From contig NC_043008.1 in NCBI RefSeq assembly GCF_006345805.1, forward strand, positions 4,898,001 through 4,962,000: a stretch of 64,000 nucleotides of DNA, in the 5' to 3' direction. A model generated the notes under the pieces. The model did no database searches and was not told the DNA's origin. It worked only from the letters and a program-made list of their open reading frames with translations. Position numbers and translations under genes: made by a program. Of the stretch, positions 25,775 to 39,193 are shown one piece after another; positions within the stretch are counted from its first letter, which is position 1, and each line of letters begins with the position of its first letter. Source of the stretch: Octopus sinensis. Its lineage: Eukaryota.

Positions 25775-26113
25775 AAAACTACCGTTTAAAAGGAAAAGAT
25801 CCACATCTTTTTCTCATGGCTTTATTGAGAAAATTATATAGTATGTAAGATATTTGTTGTTGTTTTTCTGCAATTTCAACCAATCAATGACGTCTATTGA
25901 GGTGAAAACATTCTGTGCCGTATGAATATGTCCCTCGTTTGAGAAACAGATTGGGTTTATTTACACTTGTGAAGAAAAAACATACCCTTCTCCCACCTCT
26001 AACCCTAAACCAGATTGAAATGCAATAGATCGATACTAGGGTCATAATTATGGGTGACAATTTCATATGACTCCGCTAGAAAAAAACTGCCGTTTAAACC
26101 GAAAAGATCCACA
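25775..26113. mobile_element. Non-autonomous repeat bounded by ~30-bp direct repeats (possibly Helentron/HINE-like)
   Basis: aaaactaccgtttaaaaggaaaagatccaca / aaaactgccgtttaaaccgaaaagatccaca; internal ggctttattgagaaaatt and ctaaccctaa shared with the 24716-25700 arms; class assignment uncertain. Confidence 0.5.
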
Positions 26114-28019
26114 AACATAAATCTATTTTATTAAAAGCAAAGTGTTTTAGGAAGAGAAAGTGTGTGCACGCACGGATAAATGACAAATGTAAATGTTTAG
26201 AAAAATAACATACATCGGCAGATAGCGGATCAACCACGAAATAAAAGAAACACTTATGGCATTTGCACTTCTTAGTCGAATTATTTTGTATCTAAACATT
26301 TTGGGGATACTTTCTCCTAAAAGGTGAAATAAAAAATGTCAGTTATCTCCCTTCCATCTGCCAGTCAGTTCCAGAATTATTCCCGTCGCTCGTATTGTGT
26401 GGCTTCAGACATGCTTTGAAATGGCTCATATTACGACACAAGCCAATGGAACATCATTGCTGCAAATAGCAGCCAAATCTCCCTCGAACCGCACCTTATC
26501 ACAACCAGAGCAAACACTAAAAAATATACGTCTACATAAAACTTAGAAACACGAGTCATAGTTGAGATGCTGTAGACCAAAGGTCAGATCTGGGACTTCT
26601 TAGATCTGGATTCTAAGCAGCAACTGTTCAGGAAGGTCGAGATATAACAAAGATGCGCTAGGTGCATTTGAGGGAACTTGGTTGTTATTTCTAACGGATG
26701 GGACGAACGCGCAGAACTCACACTGAAAATAGTAATAATTTGATTTTTTTTTTAAATCTGTGATATTTAACAAAATGTGCAAGGCAGTGAACTGGGAGAA
26801 TCGTTAGGGAATCGGGGGGAAATGGCTTGTGGCATTTGTTCCGGGTCTTCACGATCTGAGTTCACATCCCTCCGAAGCCAACTTTGACTTTCATCCCTTC
26901 GGAGTCGACAAAACGTAATACCAATAATTTAAAGGAGTCGATTGCATCGACTAAATCGCTCTTCTCTGAATTGTTGGATTTATGCCGAAATCAGAAATCA
27001 ATATATACCATATGTAATAATATCACAAATAAGATATATGGTGTTAAATAATTAAATTGATATAGCTTTTATGGTGGAAAACGCTACGTCTGTCTCATTC
27101 GAGTATTATACTGATTTGAAAAACTTTGAACCCAAGGGATTTAGTTAACAAAACCTCAAGAGTTAAAAATTGGGTTTAAAAATGCAAGGGAAATAACTCT
27201 AAATTTCGGTTTTGACTGCCAAATTTACTTCCAACGATGTCGTTTTGGGTTCACTCCCACAGCTCTATCCCCAGGCCAACCAAAAGCTTGTGAATGGATT
27301 TGGTAGACGGAAATTAATATATATATGTGTGTTTGTTCGCCACCACACCTGACAACCAGTATTGGTTTGTTTACATCCCCATAGCTTAGCATTTCGGCAT
27401 AAGAGACTCATAAGTACCAGACTTTAATTTTTTAAAAAAAGTACTGGGATCGATTTATTTGATTAAATCCTTCAAGTTCAGTGACAGAAACAAGTAAATG
27501 ATACAAAATTCCTTTTGTTAATCAGTAAAGAATGGAGACCAAAACTGACAAAGATAGCAATATTTGGCTGAAATGGTTGAATATGCAAAGAATTTTAAGA
27601 ATCCTATTTAAAATACTGTGAAGTTGGATTAGTGTGGGTGTAGAGGCCACACTGAAGTGGAATATGGGATTACCTTAGGATAATCTTGGATTAGTGTTGA
27701 TAAATTATGAATGGAAATGAAAAACCAGATCAGGAAAACAATTGAATCTGAGAGACATGCCTGGGCTGCTCAGGAATTTCCAGAAGCACAAACTTTCATA
27801 AATAATCCTCTCCATAAAGCTTGAGATTTTTTAGGGGAGTGGGGAAGTCAGTTACATCAACCCCAGCACTCAACTGGTACTTATTTTATCAACCTTGAGA
27901 GGATGAAAGGCACTCAGAACGTAAAGAAAGACAAAATGCCACTAAGCATTGTGTCTGCTATGCTAACAATTCTGCCAGCTTGCTGCCTTAAGTTTCATAA
28001 ATAATAAAGAGTGAATATT

Positions 28020-30306
28020 TCTGGTGTCAAGGCCAAAAGACTGGCACCAAGAAAATAGTCAGCCAGCAGGTCTAAAGGAAAATATATTCCTAAGTGCAGA
28101 CTGAAGAATAAAGATTTTTGTTTGCAAGTGATGTTACAGGAGAGAAATGTGTTCGAATGGATGATGGTGCACTTGCTTTTAGTGATTCTGAAAAAGAAAG
28201 AGGTTTGGAGAAGCCATTATGAAAGACTGCTGAATGTGGAGAATGAATGGGAGGAGGAGAGCCCTCCAAATGTTGACCCAGTAGAGGGACCAGCTATCCC
28301 AGTAGACAGCTCCCTAGTAGTAAAAGCAATTAAGGGTATGAAGCCAGGAAAAGCCCCTGGCCCATCAGGAATCACTGATGAGATGCTTAAAGCATCTGGT
28401 GGTGTGGGCTATGGCCTAGTCACCCACATTATAAACCAGGTAGTACATAACGGAGTCATACCCAATGACTGGCATAGCAGCACCATAGTCAACTGCTACA
28501 AGGGTAAAAGTGATGCTCTAGATAGGAATAACTACAGGGGTATTAAACTGCTGGATCAGGTGATGAAGGTCACAGAGAGGGTCATAGTCCATCTCATTAG
28601 GGAGAGAGTCTGCTTAGATGAGATGCAGTTTGGTTTTGTTCCTGGTAGAAGCACCACTGATGCCATTTTCCTGGTTCAACAACTGCAGGAGAAGTACCTA
28701 GCTAAAGATAAACCCCTCTACATAGCTTTTGTGGACTTGGAGAAAGCCTTTGACAGGGTCCCCTCATCCCTTATCTGGTGGGCAATGCGGAAACTGGAGA
28801 TTGACGAACGGCTTAATAAGGGCTGTTCAGGCCCTATACAGAGAGGCCGTTAGTAAGGTTAAGATTGGCAACGAGCGTAGTGAAGAATTCCGGGTAGAAC
28901 TAGGGGTCCACCAAGGTTCAGCCCTTAGTCCTCTTCTATTTATTATAGTCCTCCAGGCAATAACAGAGAAATTCAAAATGGGTTGCCCCTGGGAGCTCCT
29001 CTATGCTGACAACCTCATAGCAGAATCACTACTGGAACTAGAAAAGAAATTTCGGGTGTGGAAGCTAGGTTTAGAATCAAAAGGCCTTAGAGTAAATGTA
29101 GCAAAGACCAAAGTTATAGTAAGCAGAAAGGCGAACTCATCACACACCGCCTCGGGCAGGTGGCCCTGCTCGATCTGTAGAAAAGGTGTAGGTAGAAACT
29201 CCATAAGATATACCCAGTGTAAGAGGTGCAGCAACATCAAAGGAAAATTAACTGAGAAGATAGTTTTCATGTGCGGCAGATGCACAGAGGCAATAGACAC
29301 CACAGATACTCAGAAAACATTCCATTACACTCCAGGGGGAGAAACTAGAAGTAGTTGATAGTTTCCACTACCTAGGTGACCAAGTTAGTAGTGGAGGTGG
29401 ATGCTCAGAGAGTGTCACCACTAGAATACGAATAGCCTGGGCAAAGTTTAGAAAGCTCCTACCCCTGCTGTTGACAAAAGGTCTCTCGCTCAGAGTGAAA
29501 GGTAGATTGTATGATGCATGTGTGCGACCCGCCATGCTTCACAGTAGTGAAACATGGGCTGTGACTGCAGAGGACATGCGTAGGCTTGAAAGAAATGAAG
29601 CTAACATGATCCACTGTCTGTGTAATGTCAGTGTGCACACACGACAGAGTGTAAGCACCCTGAAAGAAATGCTGGACATAAGAAGCATAAGATGTGGTGT
29701 GCAAGAGAGATGTTTGCGCTGGTATGGTCATGTACTGCGGATGGATGAGTAGAGCTGTGTGAAGAAGTGTCACTCCCAAACAGTTGAAGGTATCCGGGGG
29801 AGAGGTAGACCCAGGAAGACATGGGATGAGGTAGTCAAGCATGACCTTCGAACCTTGGGCCTCACAGAGGCAATGACGAAAGACCGAGATCTCTGGAGAT
29901 ATGCTGTGACTGCGAAGACCCGACAAGTAATGTAAGTTCAGGGCTACTTCATGCACCAGTTTTGCATAGCCACAGCCCATCCAATGTACCTTGGATCGCA
30001 AAACGACCTGCTGTGCTTACCTTGGAGCGTAGGGTGACCTGTCGTGCTTGAGGAGACCTATTGAGTCAAGTACATCAACATCAAAATAAATATCAAATGG
30101 AAATTGTAGTTATGATACCTGTGCCACTGGCACGTAAAAAGCACCCACTACACTCATGGAGTGGTTGGCATTAGGAAGGGCAACAAGATGTAGAATCACT
30201 GCCAGATCAGACTGGAGCCTGGTGCAGCTTCCTGGCTTCCCAGACCCTGGTCGAACTGTCCAACCCGTGCTAGCACAGAAAACGGATGTTAAACGATGAT
30301 GATGAT
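28020..30306 (+). mobile_element. 5'-truncated RTE LINE with most of the RT, 3'UTR and (GAT)n tail; decayed
   Basis: ORF pieces 28122-28853, 28729-29358 and 29471-29752 with KAPGPSG, NYRGIKLL, DLEKAFDRVP, QGSALSP, LLYAD, LHSSETW, LRWYGHV; frameshifts and stops. Confidence 0.93.
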
Positions 30307-30339
30307 ATATATATATATACATACACACACACATACATA

Positions 30340-30705
30340 TACAGGGGTTGCACAAAATAATGGAAACACCTAGCATCATAATTTTGAAATATCTATAAAA
30401 CCATCAAAAATATGTTTATTTTTATATTTTTTGATTTATTATTAGTGTTGCTTGATATGTTTTGCTAAAATTGCTGTTTCTTTTAAGATATCATCGGAAA
30501 AAGCTAATTAAAATTCATTAAAATGACAGATCTATCGGACTTTCAAAGAGGTAAAATTGTTGGTGCTCATATGGCAGGTGCTAGCACAACAAAAGCAGTG
30601 AAATGTTTGGTGTATCAAGAAGTACTGTCTCGAAAGTAATGACAGCCTTTGAGAAAGCGGGAAAAACCTCCTTGTGTAAACAAAACCAAAACTTTCAGAT
30701 AGAAG
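30340..30705 (+). mobile_element. Tc1-like transposon left end with transposase N-terminus
   Basis: TA|CAGGGGTTGCACAAAATAATGGAAACACC TIR; ATG at 30523: MTDLSDFQRGKIVGAHMAGAS..., then frameshift into FGVSRSTVSKVMTAFEK (HTH). Confidence 0.8.
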
Positions 30706-32025
30706 AGTTGTAGGAGATTCCAAAGTCGTCTGGAGTTGAAGCCAATGGTGATTTTATTGAATACATTTACTCTTTTGTATTTCAATATATTTTTATGTAA
30801 TTTTGGTAAATATGACTATTAAAATGAGATGTCAATGTTATTTCCTTTTTGCATAATTTAGACAATATATTCACTGCACTCTGTATACAGGTGTATCTGT
30901 GTATGTGTCTTTCTGTATCTGTAGGTGCCTCAGAGTGCATGCATGCACATATATTTTCACTAATGCATCTAATTATATTTTGGACTTACACTTTTCTTAT
31001 GTACATCTATATTGACTTTTCCCATTGTTGAGTTGTTCAGGGACAAATGTAACTCTTTCCCAAATAAATTGTACTTCATATCCGAGGCCCCTATAAAGCC
31101 ATGAGGTGTTACTCAGGCACTCAACTATGAGTCCACTGCATCTTATAGCAGTAACAGCCGTAAGCTAATGGAGTTCATAAGGTAATCATTTATTCTTTTG
31201 TCATCCCTCTTTCTTATCACTGCTCTATACTCAGCCAACACTTCATTTTGAAACATGTGTATACCGAGTTCTACATTTGGTTATTGGTCTCACCATGCCT
31301 AAGTGAAATATAAACATCATCATCATCTTCATCACTTAATGTTCGCCTTCCATGCTGGCATGGGTGGAACAATTTGACAGGAGCCAGCCAGGCAGAAGCC
31401 TGCACCAGACTTCTGTGACTGTCTTGGCAAGATTTTTACAGCTGGATGCCCTTCCCAACACCATCCGCTCAGCAGAGTGGACTTTGTGCTTTCTATGTGG
31501 CATGAGCACAGGTGAGGTCATTTTTGGCAAGGTTTATACAGCTGGATGCCTTTCCAAACACCAACCACGTTACAGTGTGGACAGGATGCTTTTCAAGAGG
31601 CACCTGCACTGACAGGGTCACCAAGTAACTTGCAAACAAAAATCTTTTGAGAGGGGAGGGGGCATTGGAGGAGGTGACCTCCTTGTCAGATGATGAAAGG
31701 TTATTGTGACTTAGAGAGGCAGAAACAGGTGTGCAGCTGCAAAGGAGGTACATGGTTACCTAACCTGAGGGAAGAGCATGAGAACAAGAGAGAGTGGGAG
31801 ACAGCAGGATAGAGATGGTGGCAAAGTGCTGGGCATGATAATAGGGGTTGGGGATCAGAATAGAAATGGGATGGTCAAGTAAAGGCAGAGAGAAATATAA
31901 ATGGTGGCAAATGCCAGGGCATACCCTTCAGGTTCGAAGGACATTGCCAAAGAAGTATGATTAGAGAGTGCGGAAAGGAAGTGAGTAGTGAAAACCTGGG
32001 GGTGGGGGGCTACTACCAGTTAGCA

Positions 32026-33000
32026 ATCATCATCGTTTAACGCCTGTTTTCCATGCTGGCATGGGTTGGACGGTTCAACTGGGGTCTAGGAAGCCAGGAG
32101 GCTACACCAGGTCCTGATCTGACCAGGCAGTGTTTCTACAGCTGGAGGCCCTCCCTAACGCCAACCACTCCATAAGTGTAGTGGGTACTTTTTATATGTC
32201 ACTGGCACAGAGGCCAGAGGAGCTGGCATCGACCATGATCAGATGGTGCTTTTTACATGCCACCAACACGGAAGCCAGTCAAAGCAGCACTGGCATTGGC
32301 CACATTTGGATTGTGCTTTTTATGTGCTACCAGCATGGGGCTCACAACTACAATTTCCATTTGATTCGATTTTTATATTGCTGATGTTGATGTACTTGAC
32401 TCAATAGGTCTCCTCAAGCATAGCATGTCGCCCTACAATCCAAGGTACTTTTGAGTGGGCTGGTTATGTGACACTAGTGTAGGTTACAGCTGTGGACTCA
32501 CTTTATTTGTTTATTTGCAGGGTTTTCTCAGTCACAGCATACCTCCAGAGGCGTCAGTCTTTTGTCATTGCCTCTGTGTGGCCCAGCGTTTGAAGGTCAT
32601 GCTTCACCACCTCATCCCATGTCTTCCTGGGTCTCCCTCTACCCCGGATTCCTTCAACTGTTTGGGAGTGGCACTTCTTCACACAGCTCTACTCATCCAT
32701 CCACAGTACATGACCATACCAACAAAAACGTCTCTCTTGCATGCCACATCTGATACTTCTTATGTCTAACATTTCTCTCAGGGTGCTTACACTCTGTCGT
32801 CTGTGCACACTAACATTATACATCCATCGGATCATGCTAGCTTCATTTCTTTCAAGCCTACGCATATCCTCCGCAGTCAGGGTCCATGTTTCACTGCCGT
32901 GAAGTATGGCGGTTCGCACACATGCATCATACAATCTACCTTTCACTCTGAGCAAGAGGCCCATTGTCACCAGTAGGGGTAGAAGCTTTCTGAACCATGC
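32026..33000 (-). mobile_element. RTE LINE 3' fragment
   Basis: ORF 32689-32970 (RLYDACVRTAILHGSETW) plus 3'UTR and (GAT)n tail. Confidence 0.9.
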
Positions 33001-33479
33001 CCAGCCGCGAAGACAGGATTGGGGAGTGAGAGCTAGGCATTGAGTATGAAGGAGGAAATGTGAGGAAGAGGTCTAGAGACATCATCATCATTGTTTAACG
33101 TCCGCTTTCCATGCTAGCATGGGTTGGACTGAGGGCTGGCGAACCAGATGGCTGCACCAGGCTCAAATCTTGATTTGGCAGAGTTTCTACACTTGGATGC
33201 CCTTCCTAACGGCAACCACTGAGACGTAGATTGATTTGTTGGGGTAGGATGTAAGAAAAGTTTTCTTATGTGTGGGTGGAACACACAGATCAGGAACTAG
33301 CGGACAGCAATGATACAGTGAGACAGGATTTGTGAGTGGGAGGTAAGCATAGTGCATCAAGTGAAAATGTGAGGAAGAGAAGAGATGTAGTTTGGTTTGT
33401 TGTGGTAGAGTGTGTGAGAAGTTTTCTTGTTATGCTAGAATCAGTTTCACTGACATGGGTGGGTCTTCTCAAGAACCTC

Positions 33480-34790
33480 ATACCTCCAATGTCATTTCCT
33501 GCACGAGGCCCAACATCCTGAGATCGATCCTTACCACGCCATCCCATGTCTTCCTGAGTCTCTCTCCTCCACAGGTACCATCCACTTCTTTATGCAGCTG
33601 TCCTCATTCATACACATCACATGTCCAAACCAACATAGTCTTCTCTCTTGCATGCTACATTTGATTTTGCCTTATGCCCAACTTTCCTCTCAATACATTT
33701 GCACTTTTGTCATACATGCACACTGATGTTGCACATCCAACAGAGCATACTGCCTTCATTTCTCTCCAGTCTATGCAGGTCTTCTGCATTTAGAGCCCAT
33801 GTCCCACTACCATGGAGTATAGCCATTCACACACATACATCATACAGCCTACCTTTCACTCTGAGAGAGAGAGAGAGAGTCCTTTTGCTGCCAACAGAGG
33901 TAATAGCTCTCTGAACTTCCTTCACTCTATTCTTATCCTAGAAACAATACTTTAAGAGCATCCTCCACCATTGCTAATTTGGTCACCTAGATAAAAGAAA
34001 CCATCCACAACCTCAAGAGAGCCTCCTGGGCATTTGAGAGAGTCTAAGTCCTGTGTGCTCTTAGTACTTGTTGTTCCTGCACATCTGCCACATACAAAGA
34101 TGACTTTATCTGTTAATCTACCTGTGCTTCCACTGCACCTCTTATGTGTCCATAGCTTACACTGGGGGCAGCGAATGGAATTTCTTCCAACTCTTTTCCT
34201 ACATATTGAGCAGGGCCATTTACTTGATGGAATGATAGTTTTATCTTCTTTCTTGCTAACAACTTTCGTCTTTGCTAGGTTAACTTTGAGGCCCTTTGAT
34301 TCCAGGTTTTCTTTCAATACCTGGCATTTCTTCTCCAATTCTACTAAAGATTCTGCAATAAGAGCAAGGTCATCAGCATATAGCAGTTCCTATGGGCATC
34401 CAGTTTTGATTTCTTCTGTTCTGGCCTGGAGGACTATAATGATTGAGTGGGCTGAGAACTGAGCCCTGGTGAACCCCTACTTGTATGCTAAATTCATCAC
34501 TGTATTCATGGCCGACTTTCACCCTACTCACACCACCACTGTACATGGATTGTACAGCTCTAACAAGCCACTCCTCTACTCCTAACTTTCTTAGAGATGA
34601 CCATATAACAGAGCAGGGAACTCTGTTGAAAGCTTTCTCTGTTAAAAGTTGATGAAGGCTAAGTACAATGGCTTACTTTTGGCCAAGTACTTTTCCTGCG
34701 GCTGTCTCACTAGGAAGATGGCATCTGTGGTACTCTTCCCAAGTATAAAACCAAATTACATCTCATCTAGTTTAATTCTTTTCCTAATCA
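33480..34790 (-). mobile_element. Older, decayed RTE LINE fragment
   Basis: ORF 33952-34338 (KGLKVNLAKTKV, WPCSICRK, FFYLGDQI); an upstream YADD-like region. Confidence 0.85.
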
Positions 34791-34849
34791 ATATATACAT
34801 ATTTATTTCACTTATTTTCTAGGAAGTTACTTGTTATGTGTGGTCCGTC

Positions 34850-35115
34850 GCTTTACTGGCATCTGTGCTGGTGGCATGTGTAAAAAGATTCGAGCAAGGT
34901 CATTGCCAGTACCACCTGACTGGCCCCCATGCCGATGGCACGTAAAAAGCACCCACTACACTCTCGGAGTGGTTGGCGTTAGGAAGGGCATCCAGCTGTA
35001 GAAACTCTGCCAGATCAAGATTGGGGCCTGGTGCAGCCATCTGGTTCGCCAGCCCTCAGTCAAAATCGTCCAACCCATGCTAGCATAGAAGGCGGACGTT
35101 AAACGATGATGATGA
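34850..35115 (+). mobile_element. RTE LINE 3'UTR/tail fragment
   Basis: gcacccactacactctcggagtggttggcgttaggaagggcatccagc...ttaaacgatgatgatg; similar fragments near 7760, 14580, 31320, 33080, 52600, 53750 and 60720. Confidence 0.85.
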
Positions 35116-38100
35116 AAGTGCTGAGCAGTATAGATGACCCAGTATAGCCCTAACCTGGCAGAGTTTCTTTGTCTATTTGACTGAAATATTCATCATAATC
35201 ATCAACATTAAAAATACTGAATATACATGTAAACCCACAATACTATTGTAAGATGTTTTCAATTTGTATGTCATATTATTGTCAATAAATTGTTTTATTC
35301 ATTGTCTTAATTTGCTTAGGAAATTGAATAACAGTTTGTTTTTTTTTTTGCACGTGTGTAATACAATCAAATGTAAATTTTGTACAAGTCATGTCAGTTA
35401 AAATATTTTCAGTTTTTTTTTATTTTTGTTTTATTATCTTGATAAGGTAAGGCAAATTTCATCGAGTTAACGTTTAAGCAAATTGAGACATGGATATACA
35501 TAATACAGAAATGATGTTTCTTTTTAAGAGTAATTTTTTTTTTATTTTTATAACTTTCTCATCATTATTATTATTGTAAGGAAATCAATTTTCCACCATG
35601 TATAATATTAAAAACAAAAAAGTTTAAGAGAGAGTACAAAAGGAAATCTTTCCCTTTTCCGGACTTTGCATCCAACTTCTAAAAATCTGAACGGTGTTTT
35701 ATGAAATATTAACATCGCCCAAAACAGAATTGGTTGGCAGAGGGACTGCAACATTTTTCGACACGTGTTGCTATCGTTTAATCCTAAGTTTAGTATGACT
35801 TCGTAAACCTGATCGAGAGCGAATGATTAAGCCGTCTTCTTGTACATCTGATGATGGTGCAATCTCCATTGGTTTCGACGATGTCATTTAGATGTTCGAT
35901 CAACTTCAACACCCACCACTCAAGTGTATCATCCCCCACCGAATTTCTTTCTTCATAACTTCCAGAAAAATGAATATTTTTTAGTGAAATTTCCTACAAA
36001 TACCTTTCAGATGACGTAGATTCTGATTATATCGGAAATGTTTGTAAAAAAAATGTTTGTGAGTGGGGTAAAGAGTTTTGGAAAACTAACACGAGTTGGC
36101 TTTGTTTCTCCAAAACTTTTATAACATTGGGTATTTTTTAATGTAATTTTCCACAAATACCTTTCAGATGGTGTAAATTATGATTATATTGGAATTTCAC
36201 GTGTAAAAGAAAAAAATTGGTCGGCTCGCACACACACACTGACACGTTTTACTTATGAACAAATCGAAACTCGAAAGATATTCTAAAGAGAGTTAGTATG
36301 AATGGGTGCTTGCAATTCTTTTTCTTAAATTTCGATGTAATCGTAATGTTGTACATCTGAAAGTTATTTGTAGACAATTTCATTACAAAAATATTAATTT
36401 TCCATAAAGTAACGAGGAAACAAATCCAACATTGTGGAATTACCCGAAACTCCTTCCCACCTCCGAAAACACTTTTTCACAACAAATTTCAATAGAATCA
36501 TAATCTACACCATATGAAAGATAGTTGGAGAAAATTTTATTAAAAAGTACTTTTCTGGAACTTTTGACGAAACAAAGTCGATGGAGCACACTTCATAACT
36601 ATTCGACCGTGCTTAAGTGTGCGTATACCATATTAAAAGAGACTAAATTAGACCAGGAGTGTGTATGCATACATACATTATTATACACTGTGACCATTCT
36701 CTTTTAATACGGCAGGTTGTGGTTTTAGGGAAAATTCTAACTATTTCTAAAAGATCACGCACCCGCTTAGGGCAGGTGAACCGGGATAAATTACCCGAAG
36801 TGGGGTAAGAATAAAATTCTTAGGGGTAATGAGGACTCATTAGACGGAAGTAAAATTACATAGAAAACGAGTTCTTTCAATAAACCTTTTGAATTCAAAG
36901 AATCTGCGATTTTCTTCTTTTCAAATTAAGGGGGATAAAGTCGGAGTAAATAAATATATTTTGGTGTAATTGGTTACCAAAAAAGTTCCCCGACCCCTGA
37001 CTTGGAGACTCGTGTAATCAGCGTAAGAATCATTGATGATGCTGTACTTGCCGTATTATTTGTTATTTTTCTTCAGCCACAGGTTATGGAGCAAACGTGA
37101 TGAAAAACATTTCAGGCGACACAGTGAAGTACAACTTAGGAAAGAGTTGCTAGGGATCTTCGTAAGTAGGGCCGGAATAGGTCTGATGGGACATCGAGGC
37201 CATTTTCCGGGGGGGGGGGGGCTACGGTTTTGCTAACTTAGAACATAAAATAGCAGAGAGGGCCCGACTAAATGTAGATGCCCTAAAACTTAAAAGGGCC
37301 TCAGTAGATTCAGAGGGACTCAGATTTTAGAAAGACTTCCTCCCGTCCCCGATAGTTGAGGCAAAAATCTGCTACAGAGGCATTTTTGTAAACACACTAG
37401 AATAATTAAGAAAACAGCACATGTCATTTACAAAACAAAATTAGCAACTGTGAAAAACAAAAAAAAAATAGGGGTATTAAAACTTGACATATGTATCTCT
37501 CAGGTGTATGTCTATCGTCATAAACTAACTCGTGGTAAATATATAATTAACTAATTAGTAATGCCCCGTGTTATTCGTGGTTATATAAAATATCAGCTGG
37601 GTGGAGAAATCATATAACCAATTACCTTCTTAAGAAGATATGCCCTTGTGCAATAACTACAGCCTAGAACTTGAAACATTAGTTTGTATCAAGATTATGG
37701 ATGTGGTAAAGATTGTTTGAACACGAAACAAAAGATCGCGAACTAAAGAAGATGAGAGGAAGAAAGAAGAAAACGTAAAGCACCAAGATTAGTTATCTCA
37801 ACTGAGAATATTGTCTTGAAAATAAATGAATTTTTTGAGGGGTGAGCGAGGTCGATTAGGATCTTCACATCGACCCCGGTGCTCAAATGCTGCTTATCTT
37901 ATCGACCTCGAAAGGATGAAACGCGAAGTCGGCTCCGACAGTATTTGATCTCAGGACATAAAGAGCCGGAGGAAATAGCGCTAAATAATTTGTGCAGCAC
38001 CTGAAGAAAACTGATTTCTGATTTTGGCCAACAATCTTGAAAGAAGATGGTTAGTCGAATAAACCGATCCTTACTACTGGATTGATACTTTATTTTATCG

Positions 38101-39193
38101 ATCTTGGAATGAAAGATAAACTTGACCTTAGAGAGATTTGAACTCAGAAATAAGGAGCTGGAATAAATACTGCAAAGTATTTCTTCCACACTTCAACAAT
38201 TCTGCCAATAATATTGATAATTCATGCTAATCATGACGAACGGTCGAAGTCATTATTGTTGTTTAGCACCGAGTCAGTTTTAATTGAAGGAGAACGAATC
38301 GTTGGTCAAAAAGTCCTACAAGTCAGATCGATAAAATAAAGTACCAGTCAAATACTGAGATCAATATAATCGATTCTGTACTCTACAATCAACATATAAA
38401 GTCTTGGATGTGAATTATTGTGTCGAGTAGGTAAAACGTTAATCATAAAAGTTGTGACCATCCTGTCTATTACTCAGACATGGTTCCTCAGCCTTCGTAG
38501 GGTGTGATATGACTACCATTTCTAGCAGGTGGAACAGTCGCGTAATTTGATTTGAAATTTTGAAGCATTTTAATTATTCTGAAGACATCATAAACAAGGA
38601 TACGACTACACTATCATAATTGATAGAAGGCCACAAATTACAGTAGAAAGGTTTATTCGATGAAACCGGTACTAGTAATGTGACAAGTCCTTATTTCAAT
38701 ATGATTTTAACTCAGAACATAAGGGAACCTGTTAACCTAGCATTCCGTTTCAACCACTCTAAAGTCTCACTAATAACTATTATTTCAACTATTGGTGAGA
38801 GTATAATCGATGTACCTGATTATATCGTAACTAGTAATTACAGGTGTTTATTTTATTGATACAAAAACGGAAACCCTGTCAGTATTTGTCCTCGACATAA
38901 AGGAACATGAAATACCGCAAGAATTTTGTCGGCCGCTTTACTGATTTCGCCTTCTCAACACAATTCACCCACAGGACCTCACATGGCAGAGTGGCACAGT
39001 ACAAAATCGACCCCAGTATTTGACTGGTACTTTATTTTATCGATCGCGAAAGGCTGAAAAACACGCTATGAATACTGCAAGGCTTTACCAAATCTGTTTC
39101 TCCATCAATAACAAAAAACAATAATAAAAACAAGTATAAAAATAACAATAATAAATACTTTGCCTTTCGATGGATCTTGCTGCGAATGTTTGG

